A DNA stretch of 64,000 nucleotides from Cellulomonas sp. (GCF_015234515.1 NZ_JADGMY010000023.1:267882-331881), one strand, 5' to 3'. Counted from the stretch's first letter, positions 19,180 to 30,000 are shown. Notes: a model not told the origin generated them from the letters alone. Translations and numbers: made by a program.

Positions 19180-19434
19180 GTGAGCAGGGCGAGCAGCTGG
19201 ACGCGGGGCGAGCCGTTGCCCCTGGCCGTGCAGGTGGCCGCGAGCGTCGCGCTGGGCGTCGTGCTGATGGTGAGCGGTGCGTTGCGGGCCGCGCACGACG
19301 TCCCGATGGCGATCGCGCTCGCGACCATGGGCGTCGCGCTGCTGGCGCACGCGCTCACGCAGCCGGGCAGCCGCGCAGAGCGAGTCGCGGACGACGGGGC
19401 GCCCGGGCGTCTCGTCGGTCTGCGGACGGAGTGA
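19180..19434 (+). CDS. Small 2-TM hypothetical protein
   Basis: AGGAGG RBS before GTG; two hydrophobic segments. Confidence 0.55.
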   Translation: MSRASSWTRGEPLPLAVQVAASVALGVVLMVSGALRAAHDVPMAIALATMGVALLAHALTQPGSRAERVADDGAPGRLVGLRTE

Positions 19435-19512
19435 CGGATCGTCCTCGCGACGGTGTCGGGCGCCGGCACCCGTCCCTAGGCTGGCGCGTATGACGACATA
19501 CGGGACATCGAG

Positions 19513-19839
19513 ATGACCGGGCGGCAGCCCGACCCCGAGGCCGGACCCGACGGGAAGCCACCGGTGGACGGGACGAACGGCGCGTTCGTCGTCCTGGGCC
19601 TGGTGTTCTTCGTCCTCGGCATCAGCGGGATCGCGAGCGGCGAGACGTCGCGGATCGCCTTCCTCCCGGTCGGGGTCGTGTTCTTCGCGGTGTCCGTGGC
19701 GCGGTCCCGGGAGGCCCGCCAGGCCCGCGAGACCGGTAGCGGGTCCGACGGGGGACCGGCCGCCCACGGCGACGACGCCCACGGCGGGTCCTCGGACGGT
19801 GGCGCTCGTGGTGACGCAGGCGTTGGCGGCGGCGACTGA
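19513..19839 (+). CDS. Small 2-TM protein (paralog A)
   Basis: NGAFVVLGLVFFVLGIS...AFLPVGVVFFA. Confidence 0.65.
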   Translation: MTGRQPDPEAGPDGKPPVDGTNGAFVVLGLVFFVLGISGIASGETSRIAFLPVGVVFFAVSVARSREARQARETGSGSDGGPAAHGDDAHGGSSDGGARGDAGVGGGD

Positions 19840-19922
19840 TCGACGCCCGGGGCGTGCTCGGCGAACGGAGGTCCGCATGAGTGACGAGGTGGCTCCGGCG
19901 GAGCGAGCAGAAGGAGAGAGAG

Positions 19923-20210
19923 ATGAGCGACGACAAGGCCGCCGACGGCGCGCAGCAGGAGCCCGCCAAGTCGCCGGCGTTCAACGGTGCGTTCCTCGGG
20001 ATCGGCTTCGTGTTCCTGATCCTGGGGATCACGCAGATGTCCAACGACGACGGGGGCGGGGTGGCCTTCCTGGGTGTCGGCCTCACGTTCATCGCGCTCG
20101 GGGGCGCGTCCGGGGTGGCATCTGCCAAGAGGTCCGGGCCCGGGGGGACCGCCGGCCCTGACGCGTCGTCCGACGGCGCCGGCACCGACGGGCCGACCGA
20201 CCGCGGCTGA
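19923..20210 (+). CDS. Small 2-TM protein (paralog B)
   Basis: NGAFLGIGFVFLILGIT...AFLGVGLTFIA; AAGGAGAG RBS. Confidence 0.65.
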   Translation: MSDDKAADGAQQEPAKSPAFNGAFLGIGFVFLILGITQMSNDDGGGVAFLGVGLTFIALGGASGVASAKRSGPGGTAGPDASSDGAGTDGPTDRG

Positions 20211-20231
20211 GTGGACTCCCACGTCCGCGCG

Positions 20232-21593
20232 TTACACGCGGACGTCCCCGACGACCATCCACGCCGTACCGCGGGCACGGAGCCCCGTCGTCAGGGCGCG
20301 GGCGGCCATGAACACCACGGCGAACGCGACCCACAGCCAGGCCAGCCCGGCCGGGCCGGGCGGTGCCCAGGCGTGCACGGCGAGGGCGGCGGGGACGTAG
20401 GCGACGAGCGTCGCGACGCCCGCCCACGCGAGGAACGGGCCGTCGCCGGCGCCGATGAGCACGCCGTCGAGGACGAACACCCAGCCGGCCATCGGCAGCG
20501 CGACGGCCGCGACGACGAGGCCGAGGACGGCCGCGTGCTGCACGTCGGCGTCGGGGGAGAACACCTGCACGTACAGGGGGGCGAGCGCCCCGACGAGAAC
20601 GCCCAGCACGACGCCCGCCCCGAGGCCCCACTGCAGCGTGCGGCGCAGGACGGCCCGCGTGCGGGCGAGGTCGCGGGCGCCGAGCGCCTGACCGACGAGC
20701 GCCTGGGCGGCGATGGCGAGGGCGTCGAGCGCGAAGGCCGTCAGGCCCCAGACCGCGTTGACGACCTGGTGCCCGGCCAGCGCCGTGGGACCGAGCCCGG
20801 TCGCCGTCCACACCGTCAGGAGGATCGCGAGCCGCAGCGTCGCGGTGCGGACCAGCAGCGGGAGTCCGGCGCGCGCGTTGGCCCAGATCCCACCGGCGGC
20901 CGGGGTGAGGCGCGCGCCGGCCGCCCGGGCGCCGCGCACGACCACGACGACGAGCCACGCGGCCATGCCGAGCTGCGCGAGCGCGGTCCCGAGCCCGGAG
21001 CCGGCGATGCCGAGCCCGGCGCCGTAGATGAGGACGGCGTTGAGGGCGGCGTTCGCGACCGCGCCCGACGCGGCCACCACCAGGGGTGTGCGGGTGTCCT
21101 GCAGGCCGCGCAGCGCACCGGTCGCTGCCAGGACGAGGAGCATGCCGGGCAGCCCGGGCACCGACCAGCGCAGGTACGCGACGGCCTGCGTCGCGACCGC
21201 GCCGTCGGCGCCGAGCAGGGTGACGAGCCAGGGGGCGGCCGCCCACGTGCCTGCCGCGAGCACGATCCCGAGTCCCAGCCCGAGCCACATGCCGTCGACG
21301 CCGGTCTGCAGCGCGCCGCGTAGGTCGCCGGCGCCGACGCGGCGTGCGACGGCGGCGGTCGTGGCGTACGCGAGGAAGACGCACAGGCCGACGACGGTGA
21401 CCAGGACCGTGGACGCGAGGGCCAGGCCGGCGAGGGAGTCGGTGCCGAGGTGACCGACCATGGCGGAGTCGACGAGGACGAACAGCGGCTCGGCGACGAG
21501 GGCGCCGAGGGCGGGGACGGCGAGGGCGAGGATCTGGCGGTCCACGCCGGAGCGGTCGCGCCGGCGTCCCCCGGGCGGCGCAGCGGGGGTCAC
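20232..21593 (-). CDS. MATE family efflux transporter (DinF-like)
   Basis: ILALAVPALGALVAEPLFVLVDSAMVGHLG; GALRGLQDTRTP; DALAIAAQALVG; start inferred. Confidence 0.9.
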   Translation of the reverse strand: MTPAAPPGGRRRDRSGVDRQILALAVPALGALVAEPLFVLVDSAMVGHLGTDSLAGLALASTVLVTVVGLCVFLAYATTAAVARRVGAGDLRGALQTGVDGMWLGLGLGIVLAAGTWAAAPWLVTLLGADGAVATQAVAYLRWSVPGLPGMLLVLAATGALRGLQDTRTPLVVAASGAVANAALNAVLIYGAGLGIAGSGLGTALAQLGMAAWLVVVVVRGARAAGARLTPAAGGIWANARAGLPLLVRTATLRLAILLTVWTATGLGPTALAGHQVVNAVWGLTAFALDALAIAAQALVGQALGARDLARTRAVLRRTLQWGLGAGVVLGVLVGALAPLYVQVFSPDADVQHAAVLGLVVAAVALPMAGWVFVLDGVLIGAGDGPFLAWAGVATLVAYVPAALAVHAWAPPGPAGLAWLWVAFAVVFMAARALTTGLRARGTAWMVVGDVRV

Positions 21594-21736
21594 AGAGCCG
21601 GACGACTCCGGTTCGCGGGCGTCCGAAGGGCGGTTCAGAAGTCCACCAGGTGAACGCCGGACGAATCTTCTTCGCTCCACAGCACGTGCACAGCGTATGC
21701 GCCGGTGGGACGCCTGCGCGGGGCTCCTCACCCGCT

Positions 21737-21814
21737 CTGTCCACAGGCTCGTCCCCAACCTGTGCACACAGGCGTGAACGGGTTGTCCACACGTCGTCCA
21801 CCGGCCTGTGCACA
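21737..21814 (+). promoter_or_regulatory. Cluster of six DnaA-box-like 9-mers upstream of dnaB
   Basis: CTGTCCACA 21737, TCGTCCCCA 21749, CTGTGCACA 21760, TTGTCCACA 21783 (exact consensus), TCGTCCACC 21794, CTGTGCACA 21806. Confidence 0.7.
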
Positions 21815-21970
21815 CACCCGTTTGGGTCCCGGCCCACCCGGGCCTAGCCTCGCGAAGGCAGGTCCCGGTGGGAGTCGTCGTCCCGCAGCGGACGCGCTCG
21901 AGGGTGGCTGTCGGTGGGTCCCGGTAGAACACGTGTTCTACGGGTGTGAACGAGCAGGAGTAGGTGACAG

Positions 21971-24900
21971 GTGACCATCGAGGACCTCGAGTACGGCGCG
22001 CCGCCGGACAGCGGGCGCAGCAGCGGCGGCGGTTTCGACCGGACCCCCCCGCAGGACCTCGAGGCCGAGCGGTCCGTGCTCGGCGGCATGATGATCAGCA
22101 AGGACGCCATCGCCGACGTCATCGAGCAGATCAAGGGCACCGACTTCTACCGCCCCGCGCACGAGGCGATCTACGACTCGATCCTCGACCTGTACGGCCG
22201 CGGCGAGCCCGCCGACGCCATCACCGTCGCGGACGAGCTGACCAAGCGCGGCGAGATGGGCCGCATCGGCGGCGCGGCCTACCTGCACACGCTCATCGCG
22301 GGCGTCCCGACCGCCGCCAACGCCGGCTTCTACGCGCGGATCGTGCGGGAGCGCGCCATCCTGCGCAAGCTCGTCGAGGCGGGCACCCGCATCGTGCAGC
22401 TCGGCTACGCGACCGACGGCGGCGACGTCGACGAGCTCGTCAACAACGCGCAGGCCGAGGTCTACGCCGTCACCGAGCGCCGTGCGTCCGAGGACTACCT
22501 GCCGCTGTCCGAGGTCATCGGCGGCACCGTCGACGAGATCGAGGCCGCCGGCCACCGCGGCGAGGGCATGGTGGGCGTGCCCACCGGGTTCTCCGACCTC
22601 GACCGGCTGACGAACGGATTGCACCCCGGGCAGATGATCGTGCTGGCGGCGCGTCCGGCAATTGGTAAGGCGCTCGCGCTCGACACGCCGTTGCCCACGC
22701 CCACGGGGTGGACGACGATGGGCGAGGTGCAGGTCGGTGACCTGCTGCTCGCAGCGGACGGCACCGTCACGCGCGTCGTCGCCGCGACCGACGTGATGGT
22801 CGACCGTCCCTGCTACCGCGTCACGTTCGACGACGGGTCCACGATCGTCGCCGACGCGCAGCACCAGTGGGTCACGCGCACCCGCGCGGAGCGTCGCATC
22901 GACGCGGACGGCGCCGTGCGGACGACGGAGGCGCTCGCGGCGACCGTGCGGTGCGCGACCGCGGACGCACGCGCGAACCACTCGGTGGCGACGGCCGCAC
23001 CGTTGTCCCTGCCGGAGCGGGACCTGCTCGTCGACCCGTACCTGCTCGGTGCGTGGCTGGGCGACGGCCACTCGGCGTCGGCGCGGTTCACGAGTGCTGA
23101 CCCGGAGATCGCGATGCGGATCGAGGGGCGCGGGTACGAGGTGCGTGCGGTGTCGGCGGTACTCGCTTCTCTCGGGCTGTTCGACAACAAGCACATCCCC
23201 GCCAAGTACCTGCGAGCGAGCGAGGCGCAGCGACGCGACCTGCTGGCAGGTCTGCTCGATACCGACGGCACGGTGAACCCGACGGGGTCGGTGCAGTTCG
23301 CCGTGACAGATGAGCGCCTCGCGCGCGACGTCCGGGAGCTCGTGCACTCGCTCGGCTACCGGACGGGGTGGTCGGTGAAGCCTGTGCGCGGTCGCTCGCT
23401 GGCGTCGTCGACCTGCTTCACGATCACGTTCACGACGGACGACGACGTGTTCGCGCTCGAGCGCAAGAAGCTCGTCCACAAGGAGCGGCGCCGCCGCTCG
23501 ACGCCGCGACTGCACCAGCGCTTCGTCGTGTCCGTCGAGCCGGTCGCGTCGGTGCCCGTGCGCTGCGTCGAGATCTCGCACCCGACGCACCTGTACCTCG
23601 CGGGCGAGTCGATGATCCCGACGCACAACTCGACGCTCGGCATCGACATCGTCCGCTCGTCCGCCATCAAGCACAACATGGCGGCCGTCGTGTTCTCGCT
23701 CGAGATGAGCCGCAACGAGATCACCATGCGTCTGCTCTCCGCCGAGGCGCGCGTGCACCTGCAGAAGCTGCGCACCGGTGCGATGGGCGAGGACGACTGG
23801 GCGAAGATCGCCGCGACCATGGGCCGCATCAGCGAGGCCCCGCTGTTCATCGACGACTCCCCGAACATGTCGCTCATGGAGATCCGCGCCAAGTGCCGGC
23901 GCCTCAAGCAGCGCCATGACCTCAAGCTGGTCGTCATCGACTACCTGCAGCTCATGACGTCCGGCAAGCGCGTCGAGTCCCGCCAGCAGGAGGTCTCCGA
24001 GTTCTCCCGTGCCCTCAAGCTGCTCGCCAAGGAGATCGAGGTCCCCGTGATCGCGATCTCGCAGCTGAACCGTGGTCCTGAGCAGCGAACGGACAAGAAG
24101 CCGCAGATGAGCGACCTTCGCGAGTCGGGCTGCCTCACCGAGGACACCCGCGTGCTGCGCGCCGACACGGGCGCAGAAGTCACGCTGGGGGAGATGTACG
24201 CGCTCGGGCACACCGATGTCCCGATCTGGGCGCTCGACGACCGGCTGCAGTACGTGCGACGGCACCTGACCCACGTCTTCCCCACGGGAGTCAAGCCGGT
24301 GTACCGGCTGCGGCTCGCGTCGGGCAAGGAGGTCACCGCGACCGCCAACCACCCGTTCCTCACGTACGAGGGGTGGACGCCGCTCGGGGAGCTGGCGGCG
24401 GGGTCCCGGGTCGGGGTGCCGCGGCACGTGCCGGGGCCCGAGCGCAGCCAGGAGTGGGACGACCGCAAGGTCGTGATGCTGGCGCACCTCATCGGCGACG
24501 GCTCCTTCGTGAAGCGTCAGCCGCTGCGGTACGCGTCCGTCGACGAGGCGAACCTCGCTGCCGTGAGCGAGGCAGCGACGGCCTTCGGCATCACGCCGAT
24601 CCGTGACGACTACGCCGCAGCTCGCGTCACGACGTTGCGGTTGCCGGCCCCTTACCGCCTCGCCAGGGGTAAGCGGAACCCCGTCGCGGAGTGGCTCGAC
24701 GAGTTCGGGCTCTTCGGCGCCCGGAGTCACGAGAAGTTCGTCCCGACCGCGGTCTTCCACCTGCCGAAGGCACAGATCTCTCTCTTCATCCGTCACATCT
24801 GGGCGACGGACGGATCGGTCACGGTCAACGCGAACGGCCGATCCGGTCGGGTCTACTACGCGTCCACCTCCCGCCGTCTCGTCGACGACCTGTCGCGGCT

Positions 24901-25588
24901 GCTGCTGAGATTCGGCATCTCCACCCGGATCCGAAGGACGCAGAAGACCGGGTACCGCGACGGCTGGACGCTCGACATCTCCGGTGTCGACGACCAGCGC
25001 CGCTTTCTCCAGGAGATCGGTGTCCACGGCGCACGCGGCGTGAACGCCGAGCGTCTGCTCGAGATCGTCCGTGACACCCAGGCGAACACGAACGTCGACA
25101 CGATCCCACGTCAGGTCTGGGACGACGTCCGCGATCTCCTCGTGGAACGAGGGATGACGCACCGGGAGTTCGCTTCGGCGCTCGGTACGCAGTTCTGCGG
25201 CTCGACGATGTGGGAGCACGCGCCCTCGCGCCAGCGGCTGGGACGCATCGCGGAGGTCCTCGACGCCCAGGAGCTCGAGATCATGGCAGTGAACGACCTG
25301 CTGTGGGACGAGGTCGTGGAGATCGATCCGATCGGTGAGCGCCCGGTATTCGATGCGACCGTCGTGGGCACCCACAACTTCATCGCCAACGGGATCGCGG
25401 TCCACAACAGCATCGAGCAGGACGCGGACATGGTCATCCTGCTGCACCGCGAAGACGCGTACGAGAAGGAGTCCCCGCGTGCGGGAGAGGCGGATCTGAT
25501 CGTCGCCAAGCACCGTAACGGGCCCACCGACACGATCACCGTGGCGTTCCAGGGTCACTACTCGCGGTTCGTGGATATGCAGATGTAG
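21971..25588 (+). CDS. dnaB: Replicative DNA helicase DnaB with two inteins (about 459 aa after splicing)
   Basis: PPQDLEAERSVLG; Walker A ARPAIGK|ST; FSLEMS; VIDYLQLM; SQLNR; DLRESG|SIEQDAD. Confidence 0.97.
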   Translation: MTIEDLEYGAPPDSGRSSGGGFDRTPPQDLEAERSVLGGMMISKDAIADVIEQIKGTDFYRPAHEAIYDSILDLYGRGEPADAITVADELTKRGEMGRIGGAAYLHTLIAGVPTAANAGFYARIVRERAILRKLVEAGTRIVQLGYATDGGDVDELVNNAQAEVYAVTERRASEDYLPLSEVIGGTVDEIEAAGHRGEGMVGVPTGFSDLDRLTNGLHPGQMIVLAARPAIGKALALDTPLPTPTGWTTMGEVQVGDLLLAADGTVTRVVAATDVMVDRPCYRVTFDDGSTIVADAQHQWVTRTRAERRIDADGAVRTTEALAATVRCATADARANHSVATAAPLSLPERDLLVDPYLLGAWLGDGHSASARFTSADPEIAMRIEGRGYEVRAVSAVLASLGLFDNKHIPAKYLRASEAQRRDLLAGLLDTDGTVNPTGSVQFAVTDERLARDVRELVHSLGYRTGWSVKPVRGRSLASSTCFTITFTTDDDVFALERKKLVHKERRRRSTPRLHQRFVVSVEPVASVPVRCVEISHPTHLYLAGESMIPTHNSTLGIDIVRSSAIKHNMAAVVFSLEMSRNEITMRLLSAEARVHLQKLRTGAMGEDDWAKIAATMGRISEAPLFIDDSPNMSLMEIRAKCRRLKQRHDLKLVVIDYLQLMTSGKRVESRQQEVSEFSRALKLLAKEIEVPVIAISQLNRGPEQRTDKKPQMSDLRESGCLTEDTRVLRADTGAEVTLGEMYALGHTDVPIWALDDRLQYVRRHLTHVFPTGVKPVYRLRLASGKEVTATANHPFLTYEGWTPLGELAAGSRVGVPRHVPGPERSQEWDDRKVVMLAHLIGDGSFVKRQPLRYASVDEANLAAVSEAATAFGITPIRDDYAAARVTTLRLPAPYRLARGKRNPVAEWLDEFGLFGARSHEKFVPTAVFHLPKAQISLFIRHIWATDGSVTVNANGRSGRVYYASTSRRLVDDLSRLLLRFGISTRIRRTQKTGYRDGWTLDISGVDDQRRFLQEIGVHGARGVNAERLLEIVRDTQANTNVDTIPRQVWDDVRDLLVERGMTHREFASALGTQFCGSTMWEHAPSRQRLGRIAEVLDAQELEIMAVNDLLWDEVVEIDPIGERPVFDATVVGTHNFIANGIAVHNSIEQDADMVILLHREDAYEKESPRAGEADLIVAKHRNGPTDTITVAFQGHYSRFVDMQM
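22670..23629 (+). mobile_element. DnaB intein 1 (320 aa, Ala-initiated class 3, LAGLIDADG-type endonuclease)
   Basis: Starts ALALDTPLPTPTGW inside the P-loop; QHQW, VRCV and PTHN (W-C-T triplet); LGAWLGDG and LAGLLDTDG; ends HN before Ser. Confidence 0.92.
24131..25408 (+). mobile_element. DnaB intein 2 (426 aa, class 1, LAGLIDADG-type endonuclease)
   Basis: Starts CLTEDT after DLRESG; ATANHPF block B; LIGDG and IWATDG; ends VHN before SIEQDAD. Confidence 0.93.
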
Positions 25589-25727
25589 GTCCGTCGTCGA
25601 GTTGTCGAGATGTAAGATAGCTTGACTAACCGCCGTCGATAGTCTGACTAAACGACCGTCCAGCACGACACGCTCGACCAAACCTCGCTCGCGGCGGACC
25701 ACCCCGGCGGTCACGTCCGCTGCTGGC

Positions 25728-25761
25728 GGGCCAGGTCCCCCGCTGCGTCGGGACCTGGCCC
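25728..25761. terminator. GC-rich hairpin downstream of dnaB
   Basis: GGGCCAGGTCCC-N10-GGGACCTGGCCC. Confidence 0.45.
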
Positions 25762-25924
25762 CGTCAAGTAGATGGTTCCCCGTGCCATGCGGTTGGCCGT
25801 CGCAGCGATGTCCCGGGCGACGTCCAAGATCGGTCGCCCTGGGTCGACACTGAGATCGGACAGGAGGACTGGCGTCGGTTCCTTGGCGACCGGGACCTTG
25901 AGGTTCGGCCATCCGAGCCGGTCA

Positions 25925-26821
25925 GGGCGAGCTCGATCGCGGTGATCGCGTCGTGCTGGTTCGCCGTCGGTGAGACGTGCCAGGGGTGCTCGTACTTCGA
26001 CCAGTAGTCCTGGCACCCGGCGATGCGCCAGGCCCCGCCGGTGGTGGTCTCGAACTCGCTGAAGTCCAGCTGCCAGACCTGGTTCGCCCCGGTCGGCTCG
26101 GTCGCGAACGCGGCCTTCCTGCGCGCGGCGAGCTGGCGGCGTTCGCGCTGGTAGGCCGCGGGCAGCATCAGTCCTTCGTCGCGCAGCAACCGCAGGACGG
26201 TGCCTGAGACACCTGGTGGCCGTCGTGGCGGCACATCGCCCAGACCTTGCGATGACCCCAGGCCGGATGCGCGAGCGCGTGCCGGCGGGCGGCGTCCTTG
26301 ACGCCCTCGCGGGCCGGGCGCGGCCAGGGCCCTTTGACCGCGGCACCGCGGCGGGCGCGGGCCTGGTGGCGGCACCCGGTCCGCTCGGGCAGGCCGATCA
26401 GCGCGCAGAACCTCGACGTCGGCATGCCCGCCTCGGTGCGGATCACCTCGGGGTCCTCGAAGGGCCCAGGCGGCCCTCGGCGGACTCCTTCCACACCCGC
26501 AGCTCGACAGCAGACCCCCCCAGCGCCTGGGTCAGGTCGGCGACCTCGGCCTCGAGCTGCTGCTCACGGCTCGAGGGACCGGCCATCCGTGCGACCAGTC
26601 CCGCGCGGACGGACTCCAAGACCTGGCGCTTCCCAGTTCCCGACCGGCTGCCCGGAGACCTTCGCCTTGCGCGCGGCCTCAGCCACACTGGCCTCACCGG
26701 CCAGGGCCGACAACACGATCCAGACCTTCTCCTCGGCCGGCAGCACCGGCGGTCTCGCCATGATCGATCAGACTCCTTCGCAGGTCAGCCAGCAGACAAC
26801 CGGCCCGACCCCCAAGTCTGA
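25925..26821 (-). mobile_element. Degenerate IS (IS3-like orfA/orfB), frameshifted and 3'-truncated
   Basis: HTH orfA from 26761 (MARPPVLPAEEK...EAARKAKVS) broken near 26635; orfB HPAWGHRKVW and NQVWQLDFSEF integrase-core start, cut before the remaining catalytic residues. Confidence 0.8.
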
Positions 26822-27040
26822 TGCGCGACGCGGGCCGGGCCGCGGTGTTGGGCCAAATGGAGGAGAATCCGACGTTCCGCCTACATCGGAGTGTCGTTCT
26901 GGGATGCTTCGCAGCGTTGCGCGCTGAGTGCAACTGTCGACAAGAGATCCGGGCGCTCGTCGGTGGAAGAGACCTTTCGCTGCGTTCGGGGTGGATCGTT
27001 CTTGGGCTGACGTCTGCCGCAACAACGCTTGGAGTGCTTC

Positions 27041-30000
27041 ATGCTGGTCGGTCTTGCCCGTCGCCTCGCGACAGTCGTCCTGGTGACGATCGTGTTGCTG
27101 GTGGACATGCCTGCTGCGACCGGTGCGCCACAAGCGGCCGTTGGCGCTGTCGGCCCCATCTCGAGCGGCCAGCTTGCCGCGTCACTAGCCGGCTCCGGCG
27201 CAGCACTCCAGAGTGCGGGCGTCAGGGCCGCTGGCCCCGTCCGCATGGCTGCCTATCCGGGTCACGTCGTCGGACCAGAGGGGGATGAGTGGGGATTCAG
27301 CATCGGCGAGTCGACCCTGGCGTGCTCCACGGTGTCCTACTCGCTTCGGCTCAACGCCTGGGGCTCGCAGTACGGGGGGTACTGCGGAACCTTCGCCACG
27401 GTCGGTGGTGTCACATACGGGCAGGCGGGGAACGCGTACCCAGCCCTGCCGACGTACACGCCGGTCTCTCAGACCGCGACCGGAAACGAGATCCGGACGG
27501 TCGTTGATGTCGGCATCAGCGGTATTCGGATCACCCAGACCGACAGGTACAACCCTGCACGTGACGGCTGGATCAGCGACGTACGGGTCGACAACCTCGG
27601 AGCCACAGAGCAGCAGGTGTCCGTGCGACGTAGCGCCACGAGGTGCAACCCCTGGTCCGGTGTGAACCTGGTCGAGCGGTACTTCGACGCCGTCAAGGGC
27701 GTGGCGGCGTGCAAGAACGGGCTGAACACCGTCACCTTCGTCCGGCGTAGCAGCGAGATGTTCCGCGACGGCACCGGGAACATGTGGGGTGAGGGGAGCG
27801 AGGAGTTGCTCTCGCCCGGGCAGTCGTTCACCTTCTCGGGAGAGATCGTTTGGCGCAAGAACGGAACGATCCCGACCCCGAGCGCTGCGGTGGTACTGCC
27901 TGACGCGCAGATCGCTGGTGAGCCGTCCGCGTGCATGTCCAACAGCGCCTCGATGCTCCGCGAGGACCCGGTCAACACCGCGACCGGGCACCTGGTCGAG
28001 TCCGCCACCGACGTTCAGGTCGGTAGTGCCTCGATGCCGCTGCGGCTGCGGCGCTCGTACGACTCGGGACGCACCGCCACGAGTGCCTTCGGGCCGAGCT
28101 GGACGTATGAGTTCGGCGCCTTCCTGACACGGGATGCCGCCACCGGCCGAGCCGTCGTCGACACCGGCGCGGGCAACCTCGTCGGGTTCACCAAGCAGCC
28201 CGACGGCTCCTACCTGTCCGATCCTGCCGTCACCTCCGAGCTCAGCGAGACTGCCGACGGCTACCGGCTGCGAATGGACTGCTCCGGGGTGAGCATGACC
28301 TTCGACGCCAGTGGCGGCTTGACGGGGATCGTCGGTGACGACAGCGGGTATGAGCTGTCACTGACCAGGGATGCTGCTGGGCGTTTGGCAACCCTGACGA
28401 ACACCGACGGCCAGACGTTGACCTTCACCCACTCCGCAGACCTGTTGACGCAGGTCCGCCTCGCCGACGGTCGGCACGTCGACTACGCCTACACCGGCGG
28501 CCGGCTGACTTCTGTGACCACACTCGACGGCTCGGTCGTGACCTACGCCTACGACTCGCAGGGGCACCTGACCGCGAAGTCCGCGGGGGACCGGACCATC
28601 ACCACTGCGTACGACCCGGCGACCGGGCGGGTGGTCAGCCAGACCGACGGCGTGGGCGCCACGACCACCTTCGCGTGGGACGAGGCGACCCAGACCGCCA
28701 CGACGACGTTCCCCGGTGGCGGGATCGCGACGGACGTCTATGCCGGGAACCTCCTGGCCCGTACGAGTGACGCCACCGGGAACCTCACGCAGTACGAGTA
28801 CGACTCCGACGGGCAGATCTCGGCAGTGATCGACCCACTGGGGCGCTACACGACGCTCCGCCACGATGCGCGCGGGCTGCTGCTGGAGCGCATCGGTCCT
28901 GCACCGCAGGCCTACCGCGAGGCATGGACCTATGACGACGCCGGGCGAGTGCTGACTGAGACCGACCGGAACAACGAGGTCACGACCTACACCTACAACC
29001 CCGACGGGCTGGTCGAGAAGGTCACTGATCCCCTGGGACGGGTCACGTCCTACACCTACGTCAACGGGCGGGTCGCGAGCGTCACCGAGCCCCGCGGCAA
29101 CCTCTCGGGCGCCGTCCGCAGCGACTTCACCACGACGTACACCTACGACACCCGCGGTCACCCGCACTCCGCCACCGACCCCCTCGGCCGCACTGTCACG
29201 ACCGTGCACGACGACGCCGGGAACCTCGTCTCGGCGACCGACGCCGCCGGAGCCACGACGACCTTCACCTACGACGAGTCCGGGCGAAGGCTGACCGTCA
29301 CCGAACCACGCGGGAACGTGACCGGTGCAGACCCGGCGCTCTACACGTCCACGAACACCTACGACGACCTGGGTCAGCTCACGTCCGTGACCGATCCGGC
29401 GGGCAACGTCGTGCGCTACCGGTACGACGCCCAGGGCCGCCTGACCTCCGCCACGGCACCCGGGAACCGGGTCACGACGTACGAGCACGACCTCGACGGG
29501 AACGTCACTGGCGTCACCGATCCCGAGGGTGCCCGCACCACCTACACCTATGACGTCGCCGGACGTCGGACGTCCATGACGACCCCGCGCGGCAACGCCC
29601 TGCCCGCAGGCTCGGACCGCACCCCCTACACCTGGAAGTACACCTACGACGGCGCCGGTCAGCTCCTCACCGAGGAGAACCCGACAACAGGCCGCACGAC
29701 GTCGACCTACGACACTTACGGCCGCACCACCGTCCGGACGGGACCGACGGGCATCTCGACGGCCTGGACGTACGACGGCACCGGCAACACCCTGACCCAG
29801 ACCACCAACCTGCCCACGGTCGACGGCGAGTTCACCGCACCGGGGGTGACCACGACCCACCAGTACGACGCCGCCGGGCAGCTCTCGGCCACGATCGACC
29901 CCCGGGGCGCGCTGTCGGGTGCGGACCCGGAGCAGTACGCCACGACCTACGCCTACGACGCCGCCGGGCACCTGCTCAAGGAGACCGACCCGCTCGGTGG

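Noticed and set aside
21938-25912. 1324-aa ORF antisense to dnaB
   Set aside because: Shadow frame of a GC3-biased gene with no recognisable motifs.
25711-25920. Protein-like minus-strand stretch (PNLKVPVAKEPTPVLL...) abutting the IS
   Set aside because: Could be a gene 3' remnant, but there is no start and no recognisable motif.
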